Source: a bacterium (GTDB lineage: Bacteria; UBA8248). Taken from it: a stretch of 64,000 nucleotides of DNA. The translations under genes and the position numbers were made by a program. The notes below the pieces were generated by a model, which was given only the letters and a program-made list of their open reading frames with translations, did not search any database and had not been told where the DNA came from. Positions 1 through 12,073 of the stretch are shown one piece after another. The first letter of the stretch is position 1. Each line of letters begins with the position of its first letter. The stretch spans positions 3,520,001-3,584,000 of the forward strand of contig OZ244799.1 of NCBI GenBank assembly GCA_965219955.1. The letters run 5' to 3'.

Positions 1-21
1 CGCGCTCCGCGGGAGAGCGCG

Positions 22-3632
<3,611 letters not shown>

Positions 3633-3660
3633 GGGTTATCCTCAGGCACTGACTCTAATA

Positions 3661-3860
3661 GAACCTTATATAACATCTAAAGAGCAGTAGCAGTAGGGGC
3701 GGGAAAATTGTGAACAACCGCAGAAGGCGCTGAAAAAGAAGTTCTTGCATGGCCGGAGGGGTGTGGAATTGTTTGTGGGTAAAGGTGAAGGACCGGGTGT
3801 TTTTTCGTCGAGCGCGCCCAGTACAGGGGTTTCAACATGGTTATTCACAACTCTTTCCAC
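3661..3860. promoter_or_regulatory. oriC downstream part: AT-rich segment, DnaA-trios, GC spacer and DnaA boxes
   Basis: GAG-CAG-TAG-CAG-TAG trios 3682-3696, GGGCGGG 3697-3703, DnaA box TGTGAACAA 3709-3717, further boxes TGTGGGTAA ~3775 and TTATTCACA 3841-3849; immediately downstream of dnaA. Confidence 0.8.
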
Positions 3861-3867
3861 GGGTGTT

Positions 3868-5262
3868 TCAGGAAAGGTCTATTTTTTGTTCGAGTGTCTG
3901 GATGGTGCCGGATAGTGTTTGATCCGTCTTGAGAAGGCCCTCGATCTTTTGGGTGGAGTGGATAACCGTGGAGTGGTCTTTTCCGCCGAATCGCCGGCCG
4001 ATATCGGTTGTCGAGGCGCTGGTGAGTTTTCTTGCGAGGTACATGGCGATCTGGCGGGGGACGGCGAATGAGCGCGAGCGGTTTTTCGATTTCAGGTCGC
4101 TGACCCGTACCTGGAAGTGCTCGGCGACGATTTTCTGGATGTTGTCGACAGAAGAGTTGCGGGCGGGGTCGCGGATGATGCTGCGCAGAACCTCTTGCGC
4201 AACCGGCAGGTCGATCTCGATGCTGTGTAAAGAGGCGTGTATGCTGAGTCTTATAAGGCACCCTTCGAGCTCCCGGACGTTGGAGCGAACCTTCTCGGCA
4301 ACGTAGTGGGCGACCTCCCTGTCGAGAAAGTGGCCTTGCTCGGCGGCCTTTTTTTGCAGGATGGCCACCTTGGTCTCGAAATCCGGCGCGCCGATGTCCG
4401 CTATCATTCCTGACGAGAAGCGAGACCTGAGCCGGTCTTCCAGCCCCGGCGTGTCCTTTGGCATTTTGTCAGACGTGATGACGATCTGTTTTTCGTCCCG
4501 TTGCAGGGCCTCGAAAGTGAAGAAGAATTCCTCCCGGGTGCGATCCTTTCCGGCGAGGAACTGGATGTCGTCTATCATCAGGATGTCGACTTTCCTGTAT
4601 TTGTTTCTGATGGCGGCCATCTGATCCTGTCTGATCGCGGCGATGACTTCGTTTGTGAAGCTCTCCGAAGAAGTGTAAAAGACGCGCGCCCTCGGGTACT
4701 GATCGAGAATGCGGTGGCCGATGGCATGCATCAGGTGGGTCTTCCCGAGCCCCACGCCGCCGTAGATGAAAAGCGGAGCGTGGGTGACCCCCACGCCGTC
4801 CGCCAGGCGAAGGCTGCAGGCGTGGGCGAATTGATTCGAGTGGCCTACCACGAAGTTCTCGAAGCGGTACTTGGGATTGAGGAAGGCCGGCCTCTCCGGA
4901 TGGGGCTGGGCCTTCTCCTGAAGCGGCGGCAACCTCTCCGGGGAAACCGTTTCGGCAGACGAAAAAGAGGCGTTCGCCCCGTTTTCTGATGACAAATCGC
5001 TCGCCGACAGGCTGAGCATGACATTCGGCCCGCCCTCTTGTTTGAGAATTTCGGTGATGATTCCCCAGTAACGCGAGCGCAAAGTGTTCGCCGTGAACGG
5101 GTCGGGCGCCTGGATAGCGAGAGAGGACTCGCTTGAGCCGAGCTCTTCGATGCCCGCGAACCAGCGGGTAAACGTCTGGGGGGAGACTTCCTGCTTGATT
5201 TTTTCCGCGCATCGCTGCCAGAGGGTTGTCATTCGGGGATCCGATTCCGCATTATTCGCCAC
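3868..5262 (-). CDS. dnaA: Chromosomal replication initiator DnaA
   Basis: LNPKYRFENFVVG, GGVGLGKTHLMHAIG, DDIQFL, RLRSRF, NVRELEG, domain IV FGGKDHSTVIHS; GTG start. Confidence 0.98.
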   Translation of the reverse strand: MANNAESDPRMTTLWQRCAEKIKQEVSPQTFTRWFAGIEELGSSESSLAIQAPDPFTANTLRSRYWGIITEILKQEGGPNVMLSLSASDLSSENGANASFSSAETVSPERLPPLQEKAQPHPERPAFLNPKYRFENFVVGHSNQFAHACSLRLADGVGVTHAPLFIYGGVGLGKTHLMHAIGHRILDQYPRARVFYTSSESFTNEVIAAIRQDQMAAIRNKYRKVDILMIDDIQFLAGKDRTREEFFFTFEALQRDEKQIVITSDKMPKDTPGLEDRLRSRFSSGMIADIGAPDFETKVAILQKKAAEQGHFLDREVAHYVAEKVRSNVRELEGCLIRLSIHASLHSIEIDLPVAQEVLRSIIRDPARNSSVDNIQKIVAEHFQVRVSDLKSKNRSRSFAVPRQIAMYLARKLTSASTTDIGRRFGGKDHSTVIHSTQKIEGLLKTDQTLSGTIQTLEQKIDLS

Positions 5263-5273
5263 GCAACGGCGAG

Positions 5274-5355
5274 TTATCCACAGGGCGCTTCAAAAACTGA
5301 CCTAGAGAAGGCATTTTTCCACAAAAGCGCGGGCATGACAAGAAAATTTTCCACA
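5274..5355. promoter_or_regulatory. DnaA box cluster upstream of dnaA (oriC upstream part / autoregulation)
   Basis: TTATCCACA 5274-5282 (perfect), TTTTCCACA 5315-5323 and 5347-5355. Confidence 0.85.
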
Positions 5356-5480
5356 AAACGAGCCAAAAATTTCCGTTTTTCGTTTTTGTGAACGAAAACG
5401 CGCATCCTGACGGAAAATGACATAGGACGCTCTGCCCGCCCGGGCCTGATGGGCCGAGGCGCATCCCCGGCAAGAGGTTC

Positions 5481-5509
5481 TTGACAATCCGGGTTTTCGT
5501 GGCTACTTT
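5481..5509 (+). promoter_or_regulatory. sigma70-type promoter for the rpmH operon
   Basis: TTGACA (5481-5486), 17-nt spacer, TACTTT (5504-5509), 85 nt upstream of rpmH. Confidence 0.65.
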
Positions 5510-5593
5510 ACGCTCGGCTTCCTGGGAAGCTCCCCTTCATGATGAAATGGCGGGTTGAACGATCGGCCCTGGGGCCGGCAGGTGGAGTATTTA

Positions 5594-5734
5594 GTGAAAC
5601 GAACTTATCAGCCGAACAGAAGAAAACGAGTGAAGACGCACGGGTTTCGCCGCCGGATGAAGACCACCGGCGGGCGTGCGATTATAAGGCGCCGCCGGTC
5701 CAAGGGCCGCAAGCGAATCGGTGTTTCTGCCTAG
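5594..5734 (+). CDS. rpmH: 50S ribosomal protein L34 (not in ORF track)
   Basis: Manual translation from GTG: [46 protein letters not shown]; GGAG RBS upstream; canonical position. Confidence 0.97.
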   Translation: MKRTYQPNRRKRVKTHGFRRRMKTTGGRAIIRRRRSKGRKRIGVSA

Positions 5735-5745
5735 AGGGCGCGGAA

Positions 5746-6093
5746 ATGGACGAGAGCTTCCCGCCGGAGTGCCGCATCCGCAAGGGGAGTGAGTTCGCCG
5801 TTGTTCTCAGAAAGGGACGCAGGAGCGCGTGCCCGTATTTCTCGCTGCATATCCTGCCTGTCCCTTCGCGGAACCGTGCGAGACTCGGCATCATCGCGTC
5901 GCGCCGGGTGGGCGGCGCCGTTCAGAGGAATCGCGCCAAGCGGCTTCTCCGCGAGGCGTTTCGGCGCCTCGGCTCTCAACTCCCTGCGGGGGTGGACCTT
6001 GTGGCCGTGGCGAGGAACCCGATCGCCAGGGCGAGGTTAGAGGATGTTGAAAGGGCGTTCCGCAACGCTTTCCACGGGAAAACACGTTCCTGA
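5746..6093 (+). CDS. rnpA: Ribonuclease P protein component
   Basis: [41 protein letters not shown] (RNR motif); start moved to ATG 5746 after the rpmH stop. Confidence 0.93.
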   Translation: MDESFPPECRIRKGSEFAVVLRKGRRSACPYFSLHILPVPSRNRARLGIIASRRVGGAVQRNRAKRLLREAFRRLGSQLPAGVDLVAVARNPIARARLEDVERAFRNAFHGKTRS

Positions 6094-6331
6094 AAAAGAG
6101 ATAGGCCCAGTCTCCCGGATTGTCCGCGTTCTGGCGATGGTTCTGATTCGGGGATATCAGCTCATCCTGTCTCCCGTGATGCCGGGCAGTTGTCGGTTTT
6201 CACCCTCTTGTTCTCATTACGCGCTCGAGGCGTTTCGACGCCATGCGCCCGTACGGGCTTTCTGGCTCACCGTGCGCCGCATCGGGCGTTGCCATCCATT
6301 TCATCCCGGGGGAAACGATCCGGTTCCCTGA
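6044..6331 (+). CDS. yidD: Membrane protein insertion efficiency factor YidD
   Basis: [43 protein letters not shown]; true start probably downstream of 6044. Confidence 0.92.
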   Translation: MLKGRSATLSTGKHVPEKEIGPVSRIVRVLAMVLIRGYQLILSPVMPGSCRFSPSCSHYALEAFRRHAPVRAFWLTVRRIGRCHPFHPGGNDPVP

Positions 6332-6357
6332 GGGATCCGGCGGAGGCGCTTTACACC

Positions 6358-8001
6358 ATGGAAAGAAACGCGATTCTCGCCGCCGTCTTGTCGATGGCGA
6401 TACTCATCGGCTGGCAATACCTCGTCGTGAAGCCGATGGAAGACGAGCAGGTCCAGAAACAGGAGGCGGCCAAGGCGCGCGCGGCGGCCCGGAACAAGGA
6501 ACGAGGGAGCGCCGCGAGCACGCCGCTCAAAGCGCCCGCATCCGTTGCCGGCCAGCCTGCCGCGCCCGCCGCTCCTTCCGCGCCCACGGAGGCCGCCCCG
6601 GGGCAACGCATCCGGGTGGACGTGGGCGACGCGGTGTATGAGCTGACCAACCGGGGCGCCGGCTTTTTGTCCGCGCGCCTTCTGAAATACAAGCAGGGCA
6701 AACAGAACTTCGTCCAACTCGTGCCCGGCGGCCGCCCGGACGTGCGGCCCCTTTTCTTCTGGGGCGGCAAGACCGCGCAGCGGCTCAACGAGGCCTCTTA
6801 CCAGGTCGAGGGCGGCGACCTCTCGCTCTCGAAGGCCAATCCCGAGGGAACGCTTCGTTTCGTCTACCGCGGCGCCGACGGCCTCTCGGCGGAGAAGACG
6901 CTTACCTTCCGCCACAACGAATTCAACATCCGTACGAGGATTCGCGTCACCCGTCCCTCCGGGGTCGAGGCGATGGGAGTCGTCTGGGGCCCGCGCGTCG
7001 GCGGCAGCGACGGCAACACCTACGGCGGCGTCATCGAGGGTCCCATGAGCTTCGTGGGCGAGGAGCTCGAATACGACTATCCCGAACAGGCGAAGCCCGT
7101 CACCCACGGCGAGAGCCTCAAGTGGACGTCACTCCAGTCGAAGCACTTCATCGCGGCGCTCATCCCCCGGGGCGGAGCGGGCGGAGCGGAGATACGCCTG
7201 CTCTCCCAGACGGACGACTTAAGCGAATACGCCGCCATCGTGCCCTTCGCGCGGGGAAAGGACGTCGATGCGGCCTTCGACGTCTACGTGGGGCCCAAGG
7301 CGGTGGAGCATCTCGAAAAGCTCAAGGTCAGCCTCGAGGATTCCCTGGACTACGGGATGTTCTCCTTCATCGCGAAGCCGCTCATGTCCATACTGCGCTT
7401 CTTCCACGCGTTCGTGGGCAACTGGGGCGTGGCCATCATCCTGCTGACCATCGTGGTCAAGATCATCTTCTACCCCCTCACCCACGTCAGCATGCGCAAC
7501 ATGAAGGAGATGCAGAAACTCCAGCCGCGCATCACGCAGCTGCGCGAGATATATAAAGACGACAAGAACAGGCTGAACGAGCAGACCATGGCCCTGTACA
7601 AGGAACACAAGGTCAATCCGATGATGGGCTGTCTGCCCATGCTGATCCAGATCCCCGTCTTCTTCGGGCTGTACGAGGCGCTCCTGGTGTCGATAGAGTT
7701 GCGCAACGCGCCCTTCTTCGGCTGGGTGCAGGACCTCTCGGTGCAGGACCCCTACCACGTGTATACGATACTCATGGGCGCGTCGATGTTCCTGCAGCAG
7801 AAGATGACGCCCACCGCGGGCGACCCCACCCAGGCGAAGATGATGATGTTCATGCCCATCGTCTTCACGGGCATGTTCATCTTCTATCCCGTGCCCGTCG
7901 GGCTGGTGATCTACTGGCTCGTGAACAACCTGCTCTCCATCGCGCAGCAGTTCTACGTGAACCGCTCCGTTCAGCCGCCCAAGCTGGCCGAGGAGAATTG
8001 A
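6358..8001 (+). CDS. yidC: Membrane protein insertase YidC
   Basis: N-terminal TM, periplasmic domain, GNWGVAIILLTI, KVNPMMGCLPMLIQIPVF, GLVIYWLVNN; start ATG 6358. Confidence 0.96.
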   Translation: MERNAILAAVLSMAILIGWQYLVVKPMEDEQVQKQEAAKARAAARNKERGSAASTPLKAPASVAGQPAAPAAPSAPTEAAPGQRIRVDVGDAVYELTNRGAGFLSARLLKYKQGKQNFVQLVPGGRPDVRPLFFWGGKTAQRLNEASYQVEGGDLSLSKANPEGTLRFVYRGADGLSAEKTLTFRHNEFNIRTRIRVTRPSGVEAMGVVWGPRVGGSDGNTYGGVIEGPMSFVGEELEYDYPEQAKPVTHGESLKWTSLQSKHFIAALIPRGGAGGAEIRLLSQTDDLSEYAAIVPFARGKDVDAAFDVYVGPKAVEHLEKLKVSLEDSLDYGMFSFIAKPLMSILRFFHAFVGNWGVAIILLTIVVKIIFYPLTHVSMRNMKEMQKLQPRITQLREIYKDDKNRLNEQTMALYKEHKVNPMMGCLPMLIQIPVFFGLYEALLVSIELRNAPFFGWVQDLSVQDPYHVYTILMGASMFLQQKMTPTAGDPTQAKMMMFMPIVFTGMFIFYPVPVGLVIYWLVNNLLSIAQQFYVNRSVQPPKLAEEN

Positions 8002-8086
8002 CGCGGAAAATGCTTTTGCGACCCCTTGAAGAGATTCGGCCGGCTTCCGCGGCGCACCGCCACACGAAAGCCCGGGAGACGAAAGA

Positions 8087-9178
8087 ATGAATTTCAGCGG
8101 CGACGGCTGGGGCGACGACGGGGTGGAAGGCCCGGGCTTTCATTACTTCCCCCCCGGCGAGAATCCCGACCTGACGCCTTTCGCGGAGATGTCGGGCCGC
8201 GCGCTCAGGCGCGTCATCGAGCGGATGGACCTGGAAATTCTCGCCCTGGCGCTTCACGATGCCGACGCGCGGGTGGTCGAGCGGGTGCTCAGAAACGTCT
8301 CTTCCAGGAACGCCGCCCACATGCGCGAGGAAATCGAGCGCTCGGGCGCAGAGCAGAGCGAGCGGAGCATCGAGGCGCGGCAGATGCTGATGCAGACCGC
8401 CTACGCCATGAAAAACCACGGCGACATCACCTTCGACGGCCCCGCCGACGACGCCATTCCCCCGCTGGATCGGGCGCTCGAAGAAGGGCTCGCCGCGTTT
8501 CACTCCTCGGACGCCAGGGCCGAACACGCCGTTTCGCTCATCGTCGTTCTGGCCTCTCGGGCGGAGGGGCACGGGCTGCTCTCCCTGGAGCCGGCTCTCG
8601 AGAGGAGCCCGGACGGGATTTTCTCCACCGGCCTCCGGATGCTGGTGGATCAGGCGCCCTGGAACGAGGTCGAAACGATTCTCGCCCGGCAAATCGAGTC
8701 CTCCCTCGGCGCGATGGTCAGGAACAATGAGATAGCCATCGAGGGCGCGCTGGCGATCCTCGAGGGCGTGAGCGAGGATCGCGCGCGAGCGAGGCTCGTC
8801 GCCTTCCTGCCCGAGGGCCAGGCGGATTACGAGCGCCTGCCCGGCGTCCGGTTCTCTCCCTCGACACAGTCGGCGGTCGACATCATCAGCCTGTGCGTCG
8901 AACTCGCGGGCCTGGCGTCGCGCGATGAGGGCGGCGCGATTGCGGAGCGCCTCGAGTGGATTCAGGAACCCCTTCTCAAGACGGGGCTCAAGTGGGCGAT
9001 CGAGGGCGCCTCGATACAGGACGTCGAAAGGCTCCTCAGCCGCAAGGGGCAGACGCGCCTCGACAGGGAGCGTAGAAAGCTCGAGTGTCTGGCGGAGGGA
9101 TTGATGCTCATCAGGGAGGGGCATCCGGTGGACTTCATCCGCGAGGCGCTCGGCGGCTATCTCGAGGACGAGGCTTGA
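8087..9178 (+). CDS. Soluble fusion protein: FliG C-terminal domain plus two MotA-like cytoplasmic domains
   Basis: aa ~30-116 resemble FliG_C (LRRVIERMDLEILALALHDADARVVERVLRNVSSRNAAHMREEIE); aa ~145-242 and ~262-360 resemble the MotA cytoplasmic loop joined to the MotA C-terminal tail (GLLSLE..GLRMLVD..IAIEGALAILEG..LVAFLP); no hydrophobic helix. Confidence 0.75.
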   Translation: MNFSGDGWGDDGVEGPGFHYFPPGENPDLTPFAEMSGRALRRVIERMDLEILALALHDADARVVERVLRNVSSRNAAHMREEIERSGAEQSERSIEARQMLMQTAYAMKNHGDITFDGPADDAIPPLDRALEEGLAAFHSSDARAEHAVSLIVVLASRAEGHGLLSLEPALERSPDGIFSTGLRMLVDQAPWNEVETILARQIESSLGAMVRNNEIAIEGALAILEGVSEDRARARLVAFLPEGQADYERLPGVRFSPSTQSAVDIISLCVELAGLASRDEGGAIAERLEWIQEPLLKTGLKWAIEGASIQDVERLLSRKGQTRLDRERRKLECLAEGLMLIREGHPVDFIREALGGYLEDEA

Positions 9179-9771
9179 GCGGGGCGGCCTCACGGACACG
9201 GTGGTCGCTTCCCGTCCGCAACCGCCACCTCCTGCTCACCCGGGGAAGGCGACGGGCCATGCCGCCCGTCAAGACGCTGCGCGCTTTGGGCCTCAAGCGC
9301 GGCATGAGCTTCCTGGACTTCGGCTGCGGCCCCGGGTATTTCTCGATACCCGCCTGCGGGGTCGTGGGAAAATACGGTCGCGTGCTCGCCTGCGACATAT
9401 CACCCGTGATGATCAGAGAGTTAAAAACGTCAGCCAAAGATCGCGGCTACGCCAACCTGACGGCGAAGCGAAACCAGGGTTCCCGAATTCCGTTTCCGGA
9501 CGCAAGCGCGGATTTCGCCCTCATCGCGTTCGTGGTTCATGCGCTGGCGGACGCCCAGGCCCTGCTCGCCGAATCGCGGCGCGTGATGAAGGAGGGCGCC
9601 GTCATCACGCTGATCGACTGGCACAGGAAGCCCATGGACATGGGGCCGCCCCTGGAGGCCCGCTTTCAGCCAGGGGAACTCGTTGGGGAGTTGCGCGAGG
9701 CGGGTTTCAAGAGAGCCCGTTGGCGGGACTTCGACGGCAACACCTATTTCGCCTTCGCGGAGGCCCGCTAG
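9175..9771 (+). CDS. Class I SAM-dependent methyltransferase
   Basis: LDFGCGPG motif I, IPFPDASADF, ESRRVMKEG; probable TTG start overlapping the upstream TGA (TTGA); alternative ATG 9259. Confidence 0.85.
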   Translation: MSGAASRTRWSLPVRNRHLLLTRGRRRAMPPVKTLRALGLKRGMSFLDFGCGPGYFSIPACGVVGKYGRVLACDISPVMIRELKTSAKDRGYANLTAKRNQGSRIPFPDASADFALIAFVVHALADAQALLAESRRVMKEGAVITLIDWHRKPMDMGPPLEARFQPGELVGELREAGFKRARWRDFDGNTYFAFAEAR

Positions 9772-9774
9772 CGG

Positions 9775-9803
9775 CTGTCAATGCGGGGGCGATACGCTAT
9801 AAT
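9775..9803 (+). promoter_or_regulatory. Putative sigma70 promoter for the SDR pair
   Basis: CTGTCA, 17 nt, TATAAT. Confidence 0.4.
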
Positions 9804-9958
9804 CCGCCCTTCATCGACGGCCCACGCGCTGGAGAGCGGAGCCTTGTGGCTGGTTCCGGCGCCATTTACGGTTTCCCTGCTCGCCTGTGAGGGTTTCTGG
9901 AGGATTCGCGCGTCCGGGCGGGAGCCATAGTCGGAGGCGGGTTTCGGACGGGAGGGAG

Positions 9959-10732
9959 ATGGCGGAAGAGATGGAAGGAAAAACCTCGATTCAAGGGCAT
10001 GTGGCGCTCGTGACGGCGGGCGCGGTGGGCATCGGCGAGGGAATCGCCGAGCGCCTGGCGTTTGAAGGCGCGCGCGTCGTGCTGCTCGATCTCGACGAGG
10101 CGCAGGGCGAGGCGACCGCGCGGCGGGTATGCGATGGGGGCGGCGAGGCCCGCTTCATCAATACCGACGTCACCTCGGCGAGCGAGATTAAAGCGGCCGT
10201 CGCCGAGGCGCTGAGCGAATGGGCGCGCATCGACATTCTGGTGAACTGCGCGGGCGGCTTCGTGGAGAATCCGCCCATCGAAGATCTGGATGAGGCGCAG
10301 TGGCGCCGGGTCGTGGACTTGAACTTGAAGAGCGCCCATTTGTGCGCGCGCGAAGTAATGCCCGTGATGAAGAAAAGGGGCTATGGCCGCATCGTGAACA
10401 TCTCCTCCCAGTCGGGCCGCGACTCCGTTATCGAGACCGGCCTCGCCTACAGCGCGGCCAAGGCGGGCCTGTTCGGCTTCTGCAGGCGGCTGGCGGTAGA
10501 GGTGGCGCCCCACGGAATCACGGTGAACACGGTGGCTCCGGGCGTCGTGGTTACCCCGAGGACGGCCGTGGTCCACAAGGACAGAATGCCCGAGATCATC
10601 GCCAAAATACCGGTGGGCCGCGTGGCGGACGCCGCGGACATCGCGGATGTCGTGTGGTATCTCGCCAGGCCCGAGGCGCGCTACGTCACGGGCGTGACGC
10701 TCGACGTCAACGGCGGCAGGTACGTCCACTAG
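9959..10732 (+). CDS. SDR family oxidoreductase (FabG-like)
   Basis: TAGAVGIG, NCAG, YSAAK, VTGVTLDVNGG; ATG 9959 after GGAGGGAG. Confidence 0.92.
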   Translation: MAEEMEGKTSIQGHVALVTAGAVGIGEGIAERLAFEGARVVLLDLDEAQGEATARRVCDGGGEARFINTDVTSASEIKAAVAEALSEWARIDILVNCAGGFVENPPIEDLDEAQWRRVVDLNLKSAHLCAREVMPVMKKRGYGRIVNISSQSGRDSVIETGLAYSAAKAGLFGFCRRLAVEVAPHGITVNTVAPGVVVTPRTAVVHKDRMPEIIAKIPVGRVADAADIADVVWYLARPEARYVTGVTLDVNGGRYVH

Positions 10733-10745
10733 AAGGGGCTTACGC

Positions 10746-11504
10746 GTGCACGAGCGATCATCGATAAGGGATCACGTCGCCATCGTCACCGGCGCGACCG
10801 ACGGCATCGGCCTGGCGACGGCGATACGTTTCGCGGATGAGGGCGCGAAGGTGGCCATCATGGGGCGCGACCCCGAGCGGGGCTCGGCGGCCCTGGCCCA
10901 GGTGAGCCTGCACGGCGACGCCATTTTCGTCCAGGGCGACGCCGCCCGGAAAGAAGACGTCGACCTCCTTTTCGCCCGGGCGCTCGGCACCTGGGGCCGC
11001 CTGGACATACTGGTGAACTGCGCGGGCGGGTTCGTGGAAGTCTCGGATATCGAAGGACTCGACGAGGCGGAGTGGGAGAAAATCGTGGACTGGAACCTCA
11101 CGAGCTGCTTCCTCGCCACGCGGGCGGCGGCGGCTCCGATGAAAGAGCTCGGCTATGGCCGCATCGTGAACGTCTCCTCCATCTCCGCGCGCGACGCCCT
11201 GGCGAACGTCTCGCTGGTCTACAGCGCCGCCAAATCCGCGATGCAGGGCTTCACGAGGAGGCTCGCGGTGGAACTCGCCCCCCACGGCGTCACGGTGAAC
11301 GCCGTGGCCCCGGGCGTGACGCTCACCAAGCGCTTTCGTCTCATCCACCAGGAGCGCGTGCCGGAGATTGTGGCGAACCTGCCCGTGGGATTCGGCGGGG
11401 AGCCCGAGGATATCGCCGACGCGATATGGTATTTCTCCACTCCGGGGTCGGGCTACGTCACGGGCGCGACCATCGACGTGAACGGCGGTCAATACGTGAA
11501 CTAG
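10746..11504 (+). CDS. SDR family oxidoreductase, paralog of the upstream gene
   Basis: TGATDGIG, NCAGGFVE, YSAAK, VTGATIDVNGG. Confidence 0.92.
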   Translation: MHERSSIRDHVAIVTGATDGIGLATAIRFADEGAKVAIMGRDPERGSAALAQVSLHGDAIFVQGDAARKEDVDLLFARALGTWGRLDILVNCAGGFVEVSDIEGLDEAEWEKIVDWNLTSCFLATRAAAAPMKELGYGRIVNVSSISARDALANVSLVYSAAKSAMQGFTRRLAVELAPHGVTVNAVAPGVTLTKRFRLIHQERVPEIVANLPVGFGGEPEDIADAIWYFSTPGSGYVTGATIDVNGGQYVN

Positions 11505-11623
11505 CGGGCTTTGAGAAATTTCAGCCGGCGCGCCGCGAAGCCGCCGAAAGCGCGTGGATTCATGGTATCATCTCCGGCAGCGAAAAATTTTCAAGCCGTC
11601 TAGACACCAGAGGAGCCAAGCAA

Positions 11624-12022
11624 ATGCGACGCCCCATGCTCGTGATCGCCCTGTTGTTGCTCGCCGCCGCCCTGGTCCTCCCGCAGGCCGCGCTCGCCGT
11701 GGAAGGATGGAAGCCTTATGACGCCAAGGCGTTCGCCCAGGCCCAAAAGGACGGAAAGACGATTTTCGTGGTCGTCCACACCGAGTGGTGAGGGACGTGC
11801 AGGCAGCAGGTGCCGCTGCTTCAGTCCCTGGTTAAAGAGAAGAAGTTCGCAAGCGCCGCCGCGTTCGCGGTGGACTACGACGCACAGCGCGATTTCCTGA
11901 AGACGCACGGCGTTCGCTGGCAGTCGACGATCGTCGTCTTCAAGGGCGCGCAGGAGAAGGGCCGCTCGACGGGCGACGTGGACATAGCGAGCATCCGAAG
12001 CCTCATGGAGCGCGCGCTGTAG
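11624..12022 (+). CDS. Exported thioredoxin-family selenoprotein (UGA read as Sec)
   Basis: Signal peptide MRRPMLVIALLLLAAALVLPQAALA; HTEW-TGA(11789-11791)-GTC active site; the same frame continues through QSTIVVFKG..EKGR to TAG 12022; AGGAG RBS. Confidence 0.85.
11792..11828 (+). promoter_or_regulatory. Bacterial SECIS-like hairpin
   Basis: GGGAC..GTCCC basal stem, TGcAGGCAGC/GCTGCTTCA upper stem, G-containing apical loop, starting at the base after UGA. Confidence 0.7.
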
Positions 12023-12073
12023 CACGAGCGATTCCGGCGAATGAGGGCCTGGCTTCCGCGGGCCTTCGCGTTT

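Noticed and set aside
5539-5745. N-terminal extension of the rnpA ORF in the track
   Set aside because: Overlaps the real rpmH in another frame; rnpA starts at 5746
11072-11791. 239-aa ORF and separate 70-aa ORF at 11810
   Set aside because: Artefacts of stopping at the Sec UGA; the real gene is 11624-12022
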